From contig DAHWUP010000003.1 of assembly GCA_027334565.1 (NCBI GenBank), positions 31,961 to 95,960 of the forward strand: a stretch of DNA of 64,000 nt. Reading direction: 5' to 3'. Source of the DNA: Candidatus Levyibacteriota bacterium (lineage in GTDB: Bacteria; Patescibacteriota; Microgenomatia; Levybacterales; UBA12049). Under the pieces are notes generated by a model. That model made no database searches. It was not told the DNA's origin and saw only the letters and a program-made list of their open reading frames with translations. Below, piece after piece: positions 51,212 through 61,878 of this stretch (its first letter is position 1; each line of letters starts with the position of its first letter). A program made the translations under genes and the position numbers.

Positions 51212-52069
51212 TTACACTAATTCCGCATTCGAGGAAAATCTGGCGAATATGCCAGTTGAAAGTAGTCTACCATTTTTTTGGCTTAAGGCCAGTTCTCCAT
51301 ATTCGATATTCCTAACCTTAAAATAATCCTCCAAAAGGTTTTTAAGCATTATCGCCGAAGCGGTTACGGCATACGAGTTTACAATCACGAAAAGCGGTTT
51401 TGGTGTAAGAATTTTCGTACAATTCTCCAAAAGCGTCGGGAAATTTTTATCAAAATCCCAGATTTGACCCTTGGGTCCGTGTCCGTAAACAGGCGGATCC
51501 ATGATTATCCCGTCATACGTATTTCCTCTACGAATTTCTCTAAACGTAAATTCCAAAGCATCATCTTCTATCCATCTGATAGGCTTATCGGTTAATCCCG
51601 ACAATTTCTGATTTTCCTTTGCCCAAGCTATTGAAGGCTTCGATCCGTCCAGATGAGTTACTTTGGCTCCCTCCTTTGCGGCTACCAAACTGGCGGCGCC
51701 CGTATAGGCAAAAAGGTTCAGGACGTTGGGTTGAGTCTTCGACCCTGATATTTTATCTTCGATATATCGCCAATTGACCGTTTGTTCCGGAAAGATGCCG
51801 GTGTGTTTAAAAGCCGTCAATTTTGCATAAAAACTCAAATTTTTATATCCTATTTTCCACTTTGAAGGAAAGTCGGATGCTTTTTCCCACTGCCCGTTTT
51901 GATAAACGGCATCTGCTTTATGCCAAGCGTCTTTGGGTAAAGACTCGTTCCAGATAGCCTGAGGGTCTGGTTTTGCAATTACATAATTTCCGTAACGCTC
52001 AAGCCGCATGCGATTACCGCTATCGATAAGTTCGTAATCTTTCCATCCTGAGGTTGTAAGCACATCCAT
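51212..52069 (-). CDS. Class I SAM-dependent rRNA methyltransferase (RlmI/RlmK-like, COG1092)
   Basis: LFAYTGAASLVAAKEGA motif I and IIMDPP motif IV. I chose the internal Met start at 52069. The longer track ORF to 52195 overlaps obg and has an implausible N-terminus. Confidence 0.7.
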   Translation of the reverse strand: MDVLTTSGWKDYELIDSGNRMRLERYGNYVIAKPDPQAIWNESLPKDAWHKADAVYQNGQWEKASDFPSKWKIGYKNLSFYAKLTAFKHTGIFPEQTVNWRYIEDKISGSKTQPNVLNLFAYTGAASLVAAKEGAKVTHLDGSKPSIAWAKENQKLSGLTDKPIRWIEDDALEFTFREIRRGNTYDGIIMDPPVYGHGPKGQIWDFDKNFPTLLENCTKILTPKPLFVIVNSYAVTASAIMLKNLLEDYFKVRNIEYGELALSQKNGRLLSTGIFARFSSNAELV

Positions 52070-52106
52070 ATGTGAAATTCTACCATAAAAGAAGTAAAAT
52101 ATTCTC

Positions 52107-53066
52107 ATGTTGGTAGATGAAGTTATTATTACGGTCAAAGGCGGTAGGGGGGGTGACGGAGCGATAAGTTTTAAACGCAACGCCCAAACCGCCAAAGGAG
52201 GACCGGACGGTGGAAACGGCGGGAACGGAGGTAACGTTTATTTTACGGGTATAAACGATATCACCGCTCTTTCGCAATTTGCATACAGCAAGGTTATTTC
52301 GGCCGAGAACGGAGTAAGCGGCGGCAAGCAAAATCTATACGGACGAAACGGCAATGATAAGCTGCTAAAAGTTCCCTTGGGAACCGTAATTACCGATATT
52401 TCCGAAGGGGGCAATTACGAAATTAACAAATTAACCGAGAAATTGTTAATTGCCAAAGGCGGTAAGGGAGGAAGAGGTAATAACGAGTTCAAGTCTTCAA
52501 CCGTTCAGGCTCCAAGATACAGGGAATTGGGTCAGCTGGGGGAAGAAAAAAAAATAAAACTTGAGCTGAAAATGATCGCCGACATCGGACTGATCGGACT
52601 CCCGAACGCAGGTAAAAGTAGCCTTCTGAAAGCTTTGACTAACGCGAATCCCAAAATTGGCGATTATCCATTCACAACTTTGGAGCCAAATTTAGGTGTA
52701 TTAAACGGAAAAGTTATAGCCGATATTCCCGGGGTGATTGAAGGTGCGTCAAACGGTAAAGGCTTGGGAGACAAATTTTTGCGTCATATCGAAAGGACCA
52801 AGCTGCTGGTTCATTGTATCGACTCCGGAACAAACGATGTAATTAAAGATTACCGGACTATAAGGTCGGAACTTAAGAATTTCAATAATAATTTGCTTGA
52901 GAAAGATGAGCTAGTGGTTTTGACTAAAACAGATTTAAGCGTGAACAAAGACCTAGGTGATAAACTTAAAAAAATAAAAAAACTAAATCTGGATTGTATG
53001 CTCGTTTCGATCATAAATGACGAGAGTATCCGTAATTTAGCCTCAAAACTTCTTGAAAAATCATAA
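52107..53066 (+). CDS. obg: GTPase Obg/CgtA (lacks C-terminal TGS-like extension)
   Basis: Gly-rich N-terminal Obg fold (KGGRGGDGAISFKR...GGPDGGNGGNGGNVYF). G domain GLPNAGKSSLL. 319 aa. Confidence 0.95.
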   Translation: MLVDEVIITVKGGRGGDGAISFKRNAQTAKGGPDGGNGGNGGNVYFTGINDITALSQFAYSKVISAENGVSGGKQNLYGRNGNDKLLKVPLGTVITDISEGGNYEINKLTEKLLIAKGGKGGRGNNEFKSSTVQAPRYRELGQLGEEKKIKLELKMIADIGLIGLPNAGKSSLLKALTNANPKIGDYPFTTLEPNLGVLNGKVIADIPGVIEGASNGKGLGDKFLRHIERTKLLVHCIDSGTNDVIKDYRTIRSELKNFNNNLLEKDELVVLTKTDLSVNKDLGDKLKKIKKLNLDCMLVSIINDESIRNLASKLLEKS

Positions 53067-53075
53067 ATAAGCCGC

Positions 53076-53101
53076 AAAAAAACCCCTTGCGGGGTCTTTT
53101 C
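53076..53101 (+). terminator. Rho-independent terminator after obg: CCCC-TTGC-GGGG stem-loop followed by TCTTTT
   Basis: GC stem 53083-53086 / 53091-53094 with a tetraloop and a downstream T-tract. Confidence 0.6.
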
Positions 53102-53254
53102 GGGGTGGTACTCTTGCGAGTATCTCCTGCCTTTTCATACTTTCGTATTCGAAGGTACACAATTTATACAATATTGGATTATCTTTGTCAACTGGAATTA
53201 TAACTATCAAACTATGGCAAACATGAAAGATTTCTGCCGAAATTTTTGCGGTGA

Positions 53255-54433
53255 TTGATATCATTCAATTTTAAGGAAATTTATGAGAAAATGATAGCTT
53301 GTATGAAAAAAACAAAAAAACGCAGCCAAAGCCATAACACATTCTATCCTTTGATTATGGTTCCCGTACTATTTTTTATATTTGTAATAATTCTTGGCAA
53401 TAACGGCTTTTTGGGATTTGTTGCGGACGCAGTAATACACCCCGTACTTGGAGAAAAAAATACGCTTTTTCTGGAATCTGTTTATTTCGGTCTTCAGGAC
53501 AAATGGAACCAGCTACAATATAAGTACCTAAACAAAACAGGACCGTCGTTTGTGCAAACGGTTTCCGAAAAAACCAAACAATTAAGTAATGCCGGTCAAA
53601 TGGATCTAGAACCGATCTCACTGCGATCCGAATTGCCTACGCTTAAAGGGGAAGGAATCTGGTCTCCAATAGCTCAAAATTTGTATCCCGACCAAACAGT
53701 AATTGCCAAAACTTATATCCGTCCGGATCCTTCTCGCCCTTATGCAACCGTATTTTTGGTCAAAATGGATATGAAAAAGTTAGGAATTGGTACCCAGGCA
53801 GGAACTTATTATCCGGGCGGTACTCGCAAGATGTATGGCCCGGGTGTCGTACCTAAATATATTCAACAAAATAATATCCTTCTTGCGGTTTTTAACGGCG
53901 GATTTCAGGAGAAAGACGGTCATTACGGAATGGTCGTTATGGGTAAAACCTACGTTCCGCTTCGGATAAACATGCCTGCCCTGTTTATTTACGCCAATGG
54001 TTCTTTTTCTCTATCCATGTATACGGTGGGAGCGAATACGGCGACCGCATCGGCGGTCCGTCAGAACGGTCCTTACCTTGTACATAACGGCTTGATCACG
54101 CCTTATGTTGAGCAGGGAATTGATACCTGGGGCAGAACGATAACCAACAGCATGTACACGTGGCGGTCGGGCTTGGGGGTCACAAAAAACGGGAACCTCA
54201 TTTACGCGGTCGGGAATTCGCTGGTGCCGCAAACGCTCGCCAAAGCGCTACTTGCGGCCGGTGCGGCAGATGCAATTCAGCTTGACATAAATCCACCGTG
54301 GGTCCGGTTTATCACCTATCAGCCTCTGGGAAACGGACTTTATACCTTTACACCGTTGATCACATCCATGAACGGCGGAAAGCAATTCCTGACGGGATAC
54401 AACAAAGATTTTTTCTACATTTATAAAAAATAA
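53255..54433 (+). CDS. Phosphodiester glycosidase family protein (NAGPA-like, DUF2233), membrane-anchored
   Basis: N-terminal TM helix. Conserved AVFNGGF and GLGVTKNGNLIYAVG...AIQLD blocks are typical of PF09992. Confidence 0.7.
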   Translation: MISFNFKEIYEKMIACMKKTKKRSQSHNTFYPLIMVPVLFFIFVIILGNNGFLGFVADAVIHPVLGEKNTLFLESVYFGLQDKWNQLQYKYLNKTGPSFVQTVSEKTKQLSNAGQMDLEPISLRSELPTLKGEGIWSPIAQNLYPDQTVIAKTYIRPDPSRPYATVFLVKMDMKKLGIGTQAGTYYPGGTRKMYGPGVVPKYIQQNNILLAVFNGGFQEKDGHYGMVVMGKTYVPLRINMPALFIYANGSFSLSMYTVGANTATASAVRQNGPYLVHNGLITPYVEQGIDTWGRTITNSMYTWRSGLGVTKNGNLIYAVGNSLVPQTLAKALLAAGAADAIQLDINPPWVRFITYQPLGNGLYTFTPLITSMNGGKQFLTGYNKDFFYIYKK

Positions 54434-54489
54434 CTTAGCATTTAAGCTCCTTAGCATCATGTTACATTTTAAACTGCTATACTTAGTCG

Positions 54490-54822
54490 GTGATTACATA
54501 TGAAGATTTTGAAAAAATTGACATAAGAGTAGGTAATATCGTCAAGGTCGAGGATTTTCCCAAGGCTCGAAAACCGGCATACAAGTTGACCATTGATTTC
54601 GGACCCAAAATCGGTGTAAAAAAATCTTCGGCCCAAATTGTCAAACGCTATTCAAAGGACGAATTGTTGAATAAGCAGGTTTTGGCAGTAGTTAATTTTC
54701 CTCCTAAACAAATAGGGCCTTTTATGTCCGGTTGTTTAACGTTGGGGCTTTCCGATGAAAACGGCGACGTAATTTTGGTTACACCTACCTCAATCGTCCC
54801 GGTTGGCGGCAAGTTGTTTTGA
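54490..54822 (+). CDS. tRNA-binding protein (CsaA/Trbp111/Myf-domain)
   Basis: EDFEKIDIRVGNIVKVEDFPKARKPAYKLTIDFG matches the OB-fold tRNA-binding domain. 110 aa. Confidence 0.8.
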   Translation: MITYEDFEKIDIRVGNIVKVEDFPKARKPAYKLTIDFGPKIGVKKSSAQIVKRYSKDELLNKQVLAVVNFPPKQIGPFMSGCLTLGLSDENGDVILVTPTSIVPVGGKLF

Positions 54823-54834
54823 TTAGCAATTTTA

Positions 54835-54911
54835 TGGTACCGCGGAGGGGATTCGAACCCCTGGTTCTCTGGCTGAAAACCAGATGTCCTTGGCCACTAG
54901 ACGACCGCGGC
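54835..54911 (-). tRNA. tRNA-Glu (anticodon UUC), CCA encoded
   Basis: Manual cloverleaf. The acceptor GCCGCGG/CCGCGGT has a G1-U72 wobble. The anticodon arm is TCTGG-TTTTCAG-CCAGA and the T arm is AGGGG-TTCGAAT-CCCCT. Confidence 0.85.
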
Positions 54912-54919
54912 TTAAGCCA

Positions 54920-54948
54920 ATTATATCCCATTTGGTGACCTCGGACAA
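54920..54948 (-). promoter_or_regulatory. Sigma70-like promoter for tRNA-Glu: TTGTCC-17-TATAAT
   Basis: Consensus -10 box ending 8 nt before the tRNA 5' end. Confidence 0.5.
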
Positions 54949-54950
54949 CC

Positions 54951-55610
54951 TTATTTAAGTTTTTTCCTTAATCCCTCTACTATATCCTTTGCCGTTCCCT
55001 GGCCACCCAATCCGAATGCTATACCACCGGCTATCGCGAGCATGGCTACCAAACCGGTAAATAATATCCTAATCAGGTCCGATGCCACACCCAGTTGGTT
55101 TAAAACTGCCAGTATTACGAATACGTTAATGGCCCATCTGGATACGGATGCAATTGTCTCGGACGTTCTTAAATCGACTCCACGAAGAGACGCCAACACT
55201 ATATCATGCGCGAGTCTTGCGAAAACAAATCCGACCATGGCAATAACCGCCGCGACAAATACATTAGGCAAATAATTTAAAAATTCATTAAGTACCGAAA
55301 TGATCCTTGGCATTCCCCAGACATCGGCGGTCGGTATCAAAAAAACAACAATAATGAACCACCTTGTGATCTCGGAAAGGATATTAGACCAGGTAAACTC
55401 TTCCTTCATTTCCGGCACTCCGTATTTTTTAAGTAATGCTTCAAGTTTGATCGCTTTGAACAAACTCACAATAATTTGTTTGACGATGGAAGCGATTACG
55501 ATACCGATCAGAAGAATGATTAAACCGGCAAAAAATTTGGGTATAAAGCTCAATACGGCATAAAAGGCGTTATTAAAGGAGGCAGTAAGTATTGATGTAA
55601 CGTTTGGCAT
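54951..55610 (-). CDS. Small polytopic membrane protein with repeated conserved TM-helix modules (MscS N-terminal-like)
   Basis: 219 aa. Internally repeated hydrophobic helix pattern. No catalytic motifs. Confidence 0.45.
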   Translation of the reverse strand: MPNVTSILTASFNNAFYAVLSFIPKFFAGLIILLIGIVIASIVKQIIVSLFKAIKLEALLKKYGVPEMKEEFTWSNILSEITRWFIIVVFLIPTADVWGMPRIISVLNEFLNYLPNVFVAAVIAMVGFVFARLAHDIVLASLRGVDLRTSETIASVSRWAINVFVILAVLNQLGVASDLIRILFTGLVAMLAIAGGIAFGLGGQGTAKDIVEGLRKKLK

Positions 55611-55670
55611 AATGTTTCACCTCCTTTCGCATCATCAAATTTAAGAACAGTCTATAATTAATGGGGTTTC

Positions 55671-55699
55671 TTGTCAATATATATATGGCTTGATATAAT
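55671..55699 (+). promoter_or_regulatory. Sigma70-like promoter for tRNA-Lys: TTGTCA-17-TATAAT
   Basis: Hexamers at 55671-55676 and 55694-55699. The tRNA starts 9 nt downstream. Confidence 0.55.
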
Positions 55700-55707
55700 T
55701 GTGCGAA

Positions 55708-55782
55708 GGGCCGTTAGCTCAGCGGTAGAGCAGGAGCCTTTTAAGCTCTTGGTCGGAGGTCCGAATCCTCCACGGCTCACCA
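55708..55782 (+). tRNA. tRNA-Lys (anticodon UUU), CCA encoded
   Basis: Manual cloverleaf. The acceptor pair GGGCCGT/ACGGCTC and the D arm GCTC-AGCGGTA-GAGC both fit. The anticodon arm is GGAGC-CTTTTAA-GCTCT and the T arm is GGAGG-TCCGAAT-CCTCC. Confidence 0.9.
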
Positions 55783-55783
55783 G

Positions 55784-55818
55784 AAAATCTTCCAACTCAA
55801 TGTTGTGGAGATTTTTTG
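55784..55818 (+). terminator. Candidate rho-independent terminator after tRNA-Lys (imperfect ~10-bp stem + TTTTTT)
   Basis: AATCTTCCAAC...GTTGTGGAGAT stem with one bulge, followed by a T6 tract at 55812-55817. Confidence 0.4.
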
Positions 55819-55934
55819 ATGGCATGTGAAGTTTTTATGAATCTGCCGCTTCGAAGAAGCTAATACCCTTGTGGTACTTTACGGCTCACAATATTTTTTT
55901 CTGAAGCTAAAATTATTAATATTCGCGGGCCAAA

Positions 55935-57005
55935 TTAATATAAAACAACGTCGTGCGGATTACTTTCCATCAGTCCGGCCGAGGTGATTCTGACGAATTT
56001 TGCTTTTTCGTGGAGTTCTTTGATATTCCTCGCACCCGAATAAGTCAGCCCCGATCTAATTCCTGCGCATAAACCGTCGACCACTTTCTTAACCGAGCCT
56101 TTGTACTCGACCATCGCATTAACACCCTCGACATGCAATATATAGGTCTCGCTTTTATTGCTGTTGTCTTTCTGAAGTTGTCGCTGTTTTTCGATAGGCG
56201 AAGTTGACCCGTTGTATTCCTTGTATAGTTTATCGTTGATAGTAATTAATTCTCCCGGCGCTTCATCCGTACCGGCAAAAATAGAACCACCCTGGTATGC
56301 ATCTGCACCGGCTGCCAGCGCTTTAACGATATCGCCCGAGTTTGCCGCGCCCCCGTCTGCCAAAATAAATTTATTTTGAAACTTTTTTCTTGCCCTGTTC
56401 GCCTCCAGTATCGCGGTAATCTGGGGTACGCCCGAACCAGCCATTATCCTTGTTACGCAAATAGACCCTCCGCCGATACCCACTTTAACCGTATCGGCAC
56501 CGGCTGTAAACAGATCATAGGCACCTTCGTAGGTGGCTATCGTACCCGCAATCATCGATATATTGGGAAAACGGTTTTTGCAGTTTTTTATCGCTTCCAA
56601 CGCATGAACGGAATGAGCATGGGCAATGTCAAGATGCAATGCGATCGAACCTGCATTCAACAACTTTTCCGCCCTTTGAATATAATCGCCTTTAACACCG
56701 ATTACCCCGATCGAACGACCGCCCCTTTTTTTAATTTCGGCAATTTTTTCGGCTTGGATTTCTGGAGTATCAAATCTGCCGATATAACCCATACCTCCTA
56801 AATTATCCATCGCAACTGCCATCTCAACACCCGTAACCGTATCCATGTTAACTGAAATTAGCGGAACGGAAAGTTTTATGTCGGGAGAAATATTGGTTGT
56901 TAAGTCCACTTCGGAACGGCTTACTACGTCTGAATATTGTGGGACAAGCAGGACATCGTCAAATGCCAAAGCAAGAGGAAATGTGGGTAACGTTTGGCCC
57001 GCCAT
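55935..57005 (-). CDS. IMP dehydrogenase/GMP reductase family protein lacking the CBS subdomain
   Basis: TIM-barrel IMPDH motifs ([11 protein letters not shown] catalytic Cys loop, GGMGYIG). 356 aa with no CBS pair insertion. Confidence 0.85.
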   Translation of the reverse strand: MAGQTLPTFPLALAFDDVLLVPQYSDVVSRSEVDLTTNISPDIKLSVPLISVNMDTVTGVEMAVAMDNLGGMGYIGRFDTPEIQAEKIAEIKKRGGRSIGVIGVKGDYIQRAEKLLNAGSIALHLDIAHAHSVHALEAIKNCKNRFPNISMIAGTIATYEGAYDLFTAGADTVKVGIGGGSICVTRIMAGSGVPQITAILEANRARKKFQNKFILADGGAANSGDIVKALAAGADAYQGGSIFAGTDEAPGELITINDKLYKEYNGSTSPIEKQRQLQKDNSNKSETYILHVEGVNAMVEYKGSVKKVVDGLCAGIRSGLTYSGARNIKELHEKAKFVRITSAGLMESNPHDVVLY

Positions 57006-57076
57006 AAATTAGCCCAAAGAAAATAATATAGAACAATCATATTGTTTGTCAATAACCAGAATCACGCTTTAGCTGA

Positions 57077-57105
57077 TTGAATTTTAATATAATCGAGGCT
57101 ATAAT
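57077..57105 (+). promoter_or_regulatory. Candidate uvrA promoter TTGAAT-17-TATAAT
   Basis: Hexamers at 57077-57082 and 57100-57105, 21 nt upstream of the uvrA ATG. Confidence 0.4.
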
Positions 57106-57125
57106 ATAGGTTCGATATTTTAACT

Positions 57126-60026
57126 TTGTCTATGGAAAAAATAATCATAAAGGGAGCCAGAGAAAATAACTTAAAAAATATTGATCTTGAAATACCCAAA
57201 AATAAGTTGGTAGTGTTCACCGGGCTTTCCGGAAGCGGAAAATCTTCACTTGCTTTTGATACCATTTACGCCGAGGGCCAACGCAGGTATGTTGAAAGTT
57301 TGTCATCTTACGCCAGGCAGTTTTTGGGAATTATGAAAAAACCCGATGTAGATCTTATTGAAGGTCTTTCTCCGGCTATTTCCATTGACCAAAAGTCCGC
57401 ATCACATAACCCAAGGTCCACCGTTGGTACCGTTACCGAAATATATGATTATTTAAGACTTTTGTTTGCGCGCATAGGGCACCCTCATTGTCCAAAGTGC
57501 GGCAGGGAAATCACCAAAATGACCAAAGAACAAATCACCAACGCCGTCTTTGAAACATTGGCCATGCAGACCGCAAAAAATTTAAAAATATTAATTCTTG
57601 CACCGATAGTGAAGGACAGAAGAGGAGAATATTCGGAACTTTTCCAGGATCTTAAAAAGCGCGGATATAAGAAAGCAAGGATCGACGCCCAACTCTACTC
57701 GTTTGACGAGGATTTTGTTCTCATAAAAACCAATAAACATACTGTCGAGGCGGTAATCGATCAGGTTGTGCTGACCAAAGACACCGACCGGGGAAGAATC
57801 GCCGCCGACATCGAACAGGCTCTTGCTCTCGGTGACGGAGAGGCTATTGTTTCAATCATCAAAGACACCGGATTTGTAATTCCAGATAAACCGAAAAAAA
57901 TGGAAGATATTCTTTTTTCGGAGAAATTCGCCTGTCCGGTGGATAAGATATTTTTGGCGGAAGTAGAGCCGAGGATATTTTCTTTTAACACCCCGCACGG
58001 AGCCTGTCCCACCTGCGACGGTCTGGGAACCATCTTAACCGTTGATAAAGATCTTGTTTTTAACGGTAACTTGACCATTGGTGAGGGCGGTATCATGCCA
58101 TATTCGAATACCTTTACACACGATACTTGGTTTTCTCGCACACTTCGAACGTTTTGCGAAGAAAACGGAATTCCCCTAAATATTAGGCTTGCCCAGGTTC
58201 CTGAGGTAAAAAAGAATTTGCTTTTAAACGGAACAGGGGACAGGGTGTATTACGTAGAAGGCGAAAACCGCTGGGGAAGGGAAACCGCGATACATGAACC
58301 CTTCAAGGGGATCCTTTCCGATTTAAAACAAAAGTACCAATCGACAGATTCGATGTTTTTGCGCTCACAAATCGAAAAATACATGCGGTATGAGGTATGC
58401 AACGAATGTAACGGCGCAAGATTAAAAAAGGAAGCTTTATCTATTACCATTAATAATCGTTCTATTGTTGATATTTCCAACATGCCTATCTCCGATTCAT
58501 TCCAATTTGTAAATTCTTTGGATTCGAATCTGACCCAGCGGGAAAAAGAAATCGGAAGGATCATATTAAAAGAGATCAAACAACGCTTATCCTTTTTGCT
58601 TGATGTCGGCTTGGATTATCTAACCTTGTCAAGGGGTGCAAATACGCTCGCCGGGGGAGAAGCCCAACGCATAAGACTGGCATCACAAATAGGAAGCGGA
58701 TTGACAGGCGTTTTATATGTCCTTGACGAACCATCCATCGGACTTCATCAGAGAGATAACCAAAAATTAATTGATACTTTAAAAAAATTAAGGGATTTGG
58801 GTAACACGGTATTGGTGGTCGAACATGACGAGGAAACAATGGAACAAGCGGATTATCTGGTCGATTTCGGTCCCGGTGCGGGTGAGCAGGGCGGAAATAT
58901 CGTTTTTAAAGGTTTGGTACCGGAAATAAAAAAAGACTTGAATTCTCTTACCGGACAATACCTATCGGGCAAGAGAAAACTCAAGGTTATAAAACAAACC
59001 TCCGACGTTGCGCTTATAAACAAAACGAATAATAAGCTGATTATTCAAGGAGCAACGGAACATAACTTGAAAAATATCGATGTCGAATTTCCTTTGGGCA
59101 ATTTGATCGTGGTCACAGGCGTCTCAGGAAGCGGTAAATCAACACTTATCAACGATATTCTTTATCATGCACTGATGCAAAAGAATAACCCTTATCACCG
59201 CGAAAAACCCGGGAAATTTAAAAATTTACAAGGTTTTGAAGATATTAAAAATATTTATATGATTGACCAGTCACCTATCGGCAGAACCCCCAGAAGCAAT
59301 CCCGCCACATATATCCAGGCGTTCGGATATATCAGAGATTTGTTTGCCAACACCAAGGACGCGAAAATAAAGGGATACGGACCCGGGCGTTTCTCGTTCA
59401 ACGTTAAAGGGGGTCGTTGCGAGGCCTGCGAAGGCGAAGGAAAAATAAAAATTGAGATGCAGTTTTTACCCGATGTATATGTTACTTGCGAGGTTTGTAA
59501 CGGTCTTCAATACAACAGTCAGGCTTTGGAAGTATTATATAACGGCAAAAATATTGCCGAAGTATTAGCCATGAGTGTCTCACAGGCGCTTGAATTTTTT
59601 AATTACGTACCCGGTTTGAATCATAAACTTCAAACGCTCTATGACGTAGGTCTCTCATATATAAAGCTTGGTCAACCCGCACCTACTTTATCCGGCGGTG
59701 AAGCCCAACGCGTGAAATTAGCCGCGGAATTGTCCAAAAAGAGCTCCAATTCTTTATATCTTTTGGACGAGCCGACGACCGGTCTTCATTTTGCCGATCT
59801 TGAGAAGTTACTTCATGTCCTAAGGCGTTTGGTCGATAAAGGCAATACCGTAATAGTCATAGAACACAATCTGGACGTGATCAAAAACGCGGACCATATC
59901 ATAGACCTTGGTCCCGAAGGTGGAGAAAAGGGCGGAGAGCTGATTGTATCGGGCACCGTCCAAGACGTTATAGGAGAACAAAAATCCTATACGGGTCACT
60001 TTTTAAAGAAAAGAATTAACGGTTAA
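57126..60026 (+). CDS. uvrA: Excinuclease ABC subunit A
   Basis: Two ABC ATPase modules ([14 protein letters not shown] and [13 protein letters not shown]) and zinc fingers. 966 aa. Confidence 0.97.
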   Translation: MSMEKIIIKGARENNLKNIDLEIPKNKLVVFTGLSGSGKSSLAFDTIYAEGQRRYVESLSSYARQFLGIMKKPDVDLIEGLSPAISIDQKSASHNPRSTVGTVTEIYDYLRLLFARIGHPHCPKCGREITKMTKEQITNAVFETLAMQTAKNLKILILAPIVKDRRGEYSELFQDLKKRGYKKARIDAQLYSFDEDFVLIKTNKHTVEAVIDQVVLTKDTDRGRIAADIEQALALGDGEAIVSIIKDTGFVIPDKPKKMEDILFSEKFACPVDKIFLAEVEPRIFSFNTPHGACPTCDGLGTILTVDKDLVFNGNLTIGEGGIMPYSNTFTHDTWFSRTLRTFCEENGIPLNIRLAQVPEVKKNLLLNGTGDRVYYVEGENRWGRETAIHEPFKGILSDLKQKYQSTDSMFLRSQIEKYMRYEVCNECNGARLKKEALSITINNRSIVDISNMPISDSFQFVNSLDSNLTQREKEIGRIILKEIKQRLSFLLDVGLDYLTLSRGANTLAGGEAQRIRLASQIGSGLTGVLYVLDEPSIGLHQRDNQKLIDTLKKLRDLGNTVLVVEHDEETMEQADYLVDFGPGAGEQGGNIVFKGLVPEIKKDLNSLTGQYLSGKRKLKVIKQTSDVALINKTNNKLIIQGATEHNLKNIDVEFPLGNLIVVTGVSGSGKSTLINDILYHALMQKNNPYHREKPGKFKNLQGFEDIKNIYMIDQSPIGRTPRSNPATYIQAFGYIRDLFANTKDAKIKGYGPGRFSFNVKGGRCEACEGEGKIKIEMQFLPDVYVTCEVCNGLQYNSQALEVLYNGKNIAEVLAMSVSQALEFFNYVPGLNHKLQTLYDVGLSYIKLGQPAPTLSGGEAQRVKLAAELSKKSSNSLYLLDEPTTGLHFADLEKLLHVLRRLVDKGNTVIVIEHNLDVIKNADHIIDLGPEGGEKGGELIVSGTVQDVIGEQKSYTGHFLKKRING

Positions 60027-60045
60027 AATCGGTTATAATTAGTTA

Positions 60046-61878
60046 ATGAAAAAAGCCGTTATAACGATATTTATTTGTCTTATTTTTTTATTTTTTCCTC
60101 GACTTTCTTTCGCAAAATCCAATTTCTCGGAAGATTATAACGTCACCTATACCGTCAATGCGGCAGCAATGACCCATGTTAATTTTAACGTAGAACTTAC
60201 TAATTTAACTCCTAATTTTTACGTCCGCTCATATAATCTTAATCTTGCATTCAAGGACCTGCAAAATGTTAAAGCTGTCGATTCCGGTGGGGATATACCG
60301 GTTACGATCATCACCGATACTAACGGCAGCAGCATCCAGTTTTCGTTTAATAACCGCGTGACCGGTATGAATAAATCGTTGATATTTAATTTGTCCTTTG
60401 ATACCAAAGATATCGCACAGAATTTAAATCATATCTGGGATATAAATATACCCGGGATTGCCGACGCACCGGGATATTCATCATTTAACGTTACCGTAAA
60501 TTACCCGGATTTTTTGGGCAGTCCGCGATACGTAAAGCCAGCAATTTCGGGGACCTCGACCGCATCGGGAACATTAAAATTTACCAAACAGGATCTTGAA
60601 AAATCCGGTATTTCGATTTCTTTCGGAAAATATCAGATTTATAACTTTAATTTGAAATATCATTTACAGAATAATGATCTTTTTCCGGTTGTTACTGAAA
60701 TTGCTTTACCCCCCGATACCGGTTACCAAACCATACAAATCAATAATATTTCTCCAAGACCCGTTAATGTATATAAAGACCCAGACGGCAACTGGATGGC
60801 TCAATTTAAACTATCGGCTTTACAAAAAACCGACATCGACGTTTCGGGCAAGGCAAAAGTTTCGCTGACTCCGACGCCCGAAGGGATCAGCCAAGGTTTA
60901 AAATCGACTTATTTAAGTTCGCAAAAATATTGGGAAGCTGACGATCCAAAGATCTTTCGTTTGGCACAAGAATTAAAGACCGCGCAAAATATCTACCGGT
61001 ATGTAGTTAACCACCTTAATTATGATTATTCCAGGGTAATCAATGACAGTCAAAGGTTAGGAGCCGTCAAAATCCTTAAATCTCCCGATTCGGCTGTTTG
61101 TCTCGAATTTACAGATCTATTCATTGCCATTGCAAGAGCGGCCGGTATCCCGGCAAGGGAAGTCGACGGGTATGCTTATACACAAAACCAAACCCAAAGA
61201 CCGGTGTCCTTGGTCAAGGATGTTCTACATGCCTGGCCCGAATATTATGATTTCAATAAACAGTCATGGATAATGATCGACCCGACATGGGGAAATACCA
61301 CCGGAGGCGTAGACTATTTCAATACTTTAGATTTTGATCATATTGCTTTTGTGATCAGAGGTCAGAACAGCAGTTATCCGATACCGGCTGGCGGTTACAA
61401 ACTGGTCAACGAAAACGATTCCAAAGACGTTAACGTTACGATCGGAAATTCTTTTGTGGAAAATAACCGGTTTGATATATCTCTAAACGTTCCCGATCAG
61501 CTGGTTGCCGGAATTCCGTTGCAATCGCAAATCGTTATCAGAAATCTAGGTAACCAAGCTGTTGACAATGAAAATATCGACGTTTCAACGTCATTGCTTA
61601 CTCCTAAAAGTCAAAGAATAATTTCCGATACGGTTTTGCCCTACGGCACCGGCACTGTAAACGTTTGGTATAATGCACCCAATTTTTTGACAAACACGAC
61701 CGATACAATTAAAATTACCCTTGGAAACGATAATTTTTCCAAAAAAATCGAAATTTTACCGTTTTATAAAGACAAAATAGTTCTTTGGGGAGGATTTGTA
61801 TTTGTTATTTGCGGCATCATCATATCGGTTATTGCCTTCAAATTCGGGCGTTTACCAATTTTTAAACAAAAAGGGTGA
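60046..61878 (+). CDS. Transglutaminase-like domain protein with signal peptide and C-terminal TM anchor
   Basis: Cys-His-Asp core: Cys in AVCLEFTDLF, His in HAWPEYYD, Asp in MIDPTW. N-terminal signal sequence and a C-terminal hydrophobic helix. Confidence 0.8.
   Translation: MKKAVITIFICLIFLFFPRLSFAKSNFSEDYNVTYTVNAAAMTHVNFNVELTNLTPNFYVRSYNLNLAFKDLQNVKAVDSGGDIPVTIITDTNGSSIQFSFNNRVTGMNKSLIFNLSFDTKDIAQNLNHIWDINIPGIADAPGYSSFNVTVNYPDFLGSPRYVKPAISGTSTASGTLKFTKQDLEKSGISISFGKYQIYNFNLKYHLQNNDLFPVVTEIALPPDTGYQTIQINNISPRPVNVYKDPDGNWMAQFKLSALQKTDIDVSGKAKVSLTPTPEGISQGLKSTYLSSQKYWEADDPKIFRLAQELKTAQNIYRYVVNHLNYDYSRVINDSQRLGAVKILKSPDSAVCLEFTDLFIAIARAAGIPAREVDGYAYTQNQTQRPVSLVKDVLHAWPEYYDFNKQSWIMIDPTWGNTTGGVDYFNTLDFDHIAFVIRGQNSSYPIPAGGYKLVNENDSKDVNVTIGNSFVENNRFDISLNVPDQLVAGIPLQSQIVIRNLGNQAVDNENIDVSTSLLTPKSQRIISDTVLPYGTGTVNVWYNAPNFLTNTTDTIKITLGNDNFSKKIEILPFYKDKIVLWGGFVFVICGIIISVIAFKFGRLPIFKQKG

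Noticed and set aside
52070-52195. Longer N-terminal extension of the RlmI-like methyltransferase (track ORF to 52195)
   Set aside because: The extension (MAVWALRLKLIAPSPPLPPL...) is unlike methyltransferase N-termini and overlaps the obg start on the other strand. The internal Met at 52069 gives a sensible MDVLTTSGW... N-terminus.
53100-53254. Possible small ncRNA (SRP/6S/tmRNA) in the 190-nt obg-downstream spacer
   Set aside because: Only short hairpins (for example GTACTC-TTGC-GAGTAT) are present. I could not recognize any conserved SRP, RNase P or tmRNA sequence blocks.
53061-53264. 67-aa minus-strand ORF between obg and the phosphodiester glycosidase gene
   Set aside because: It spans the obg rho-independent terminator hairpin and has no recognizable motif, so it is most likely non-coding intergenic sequence.
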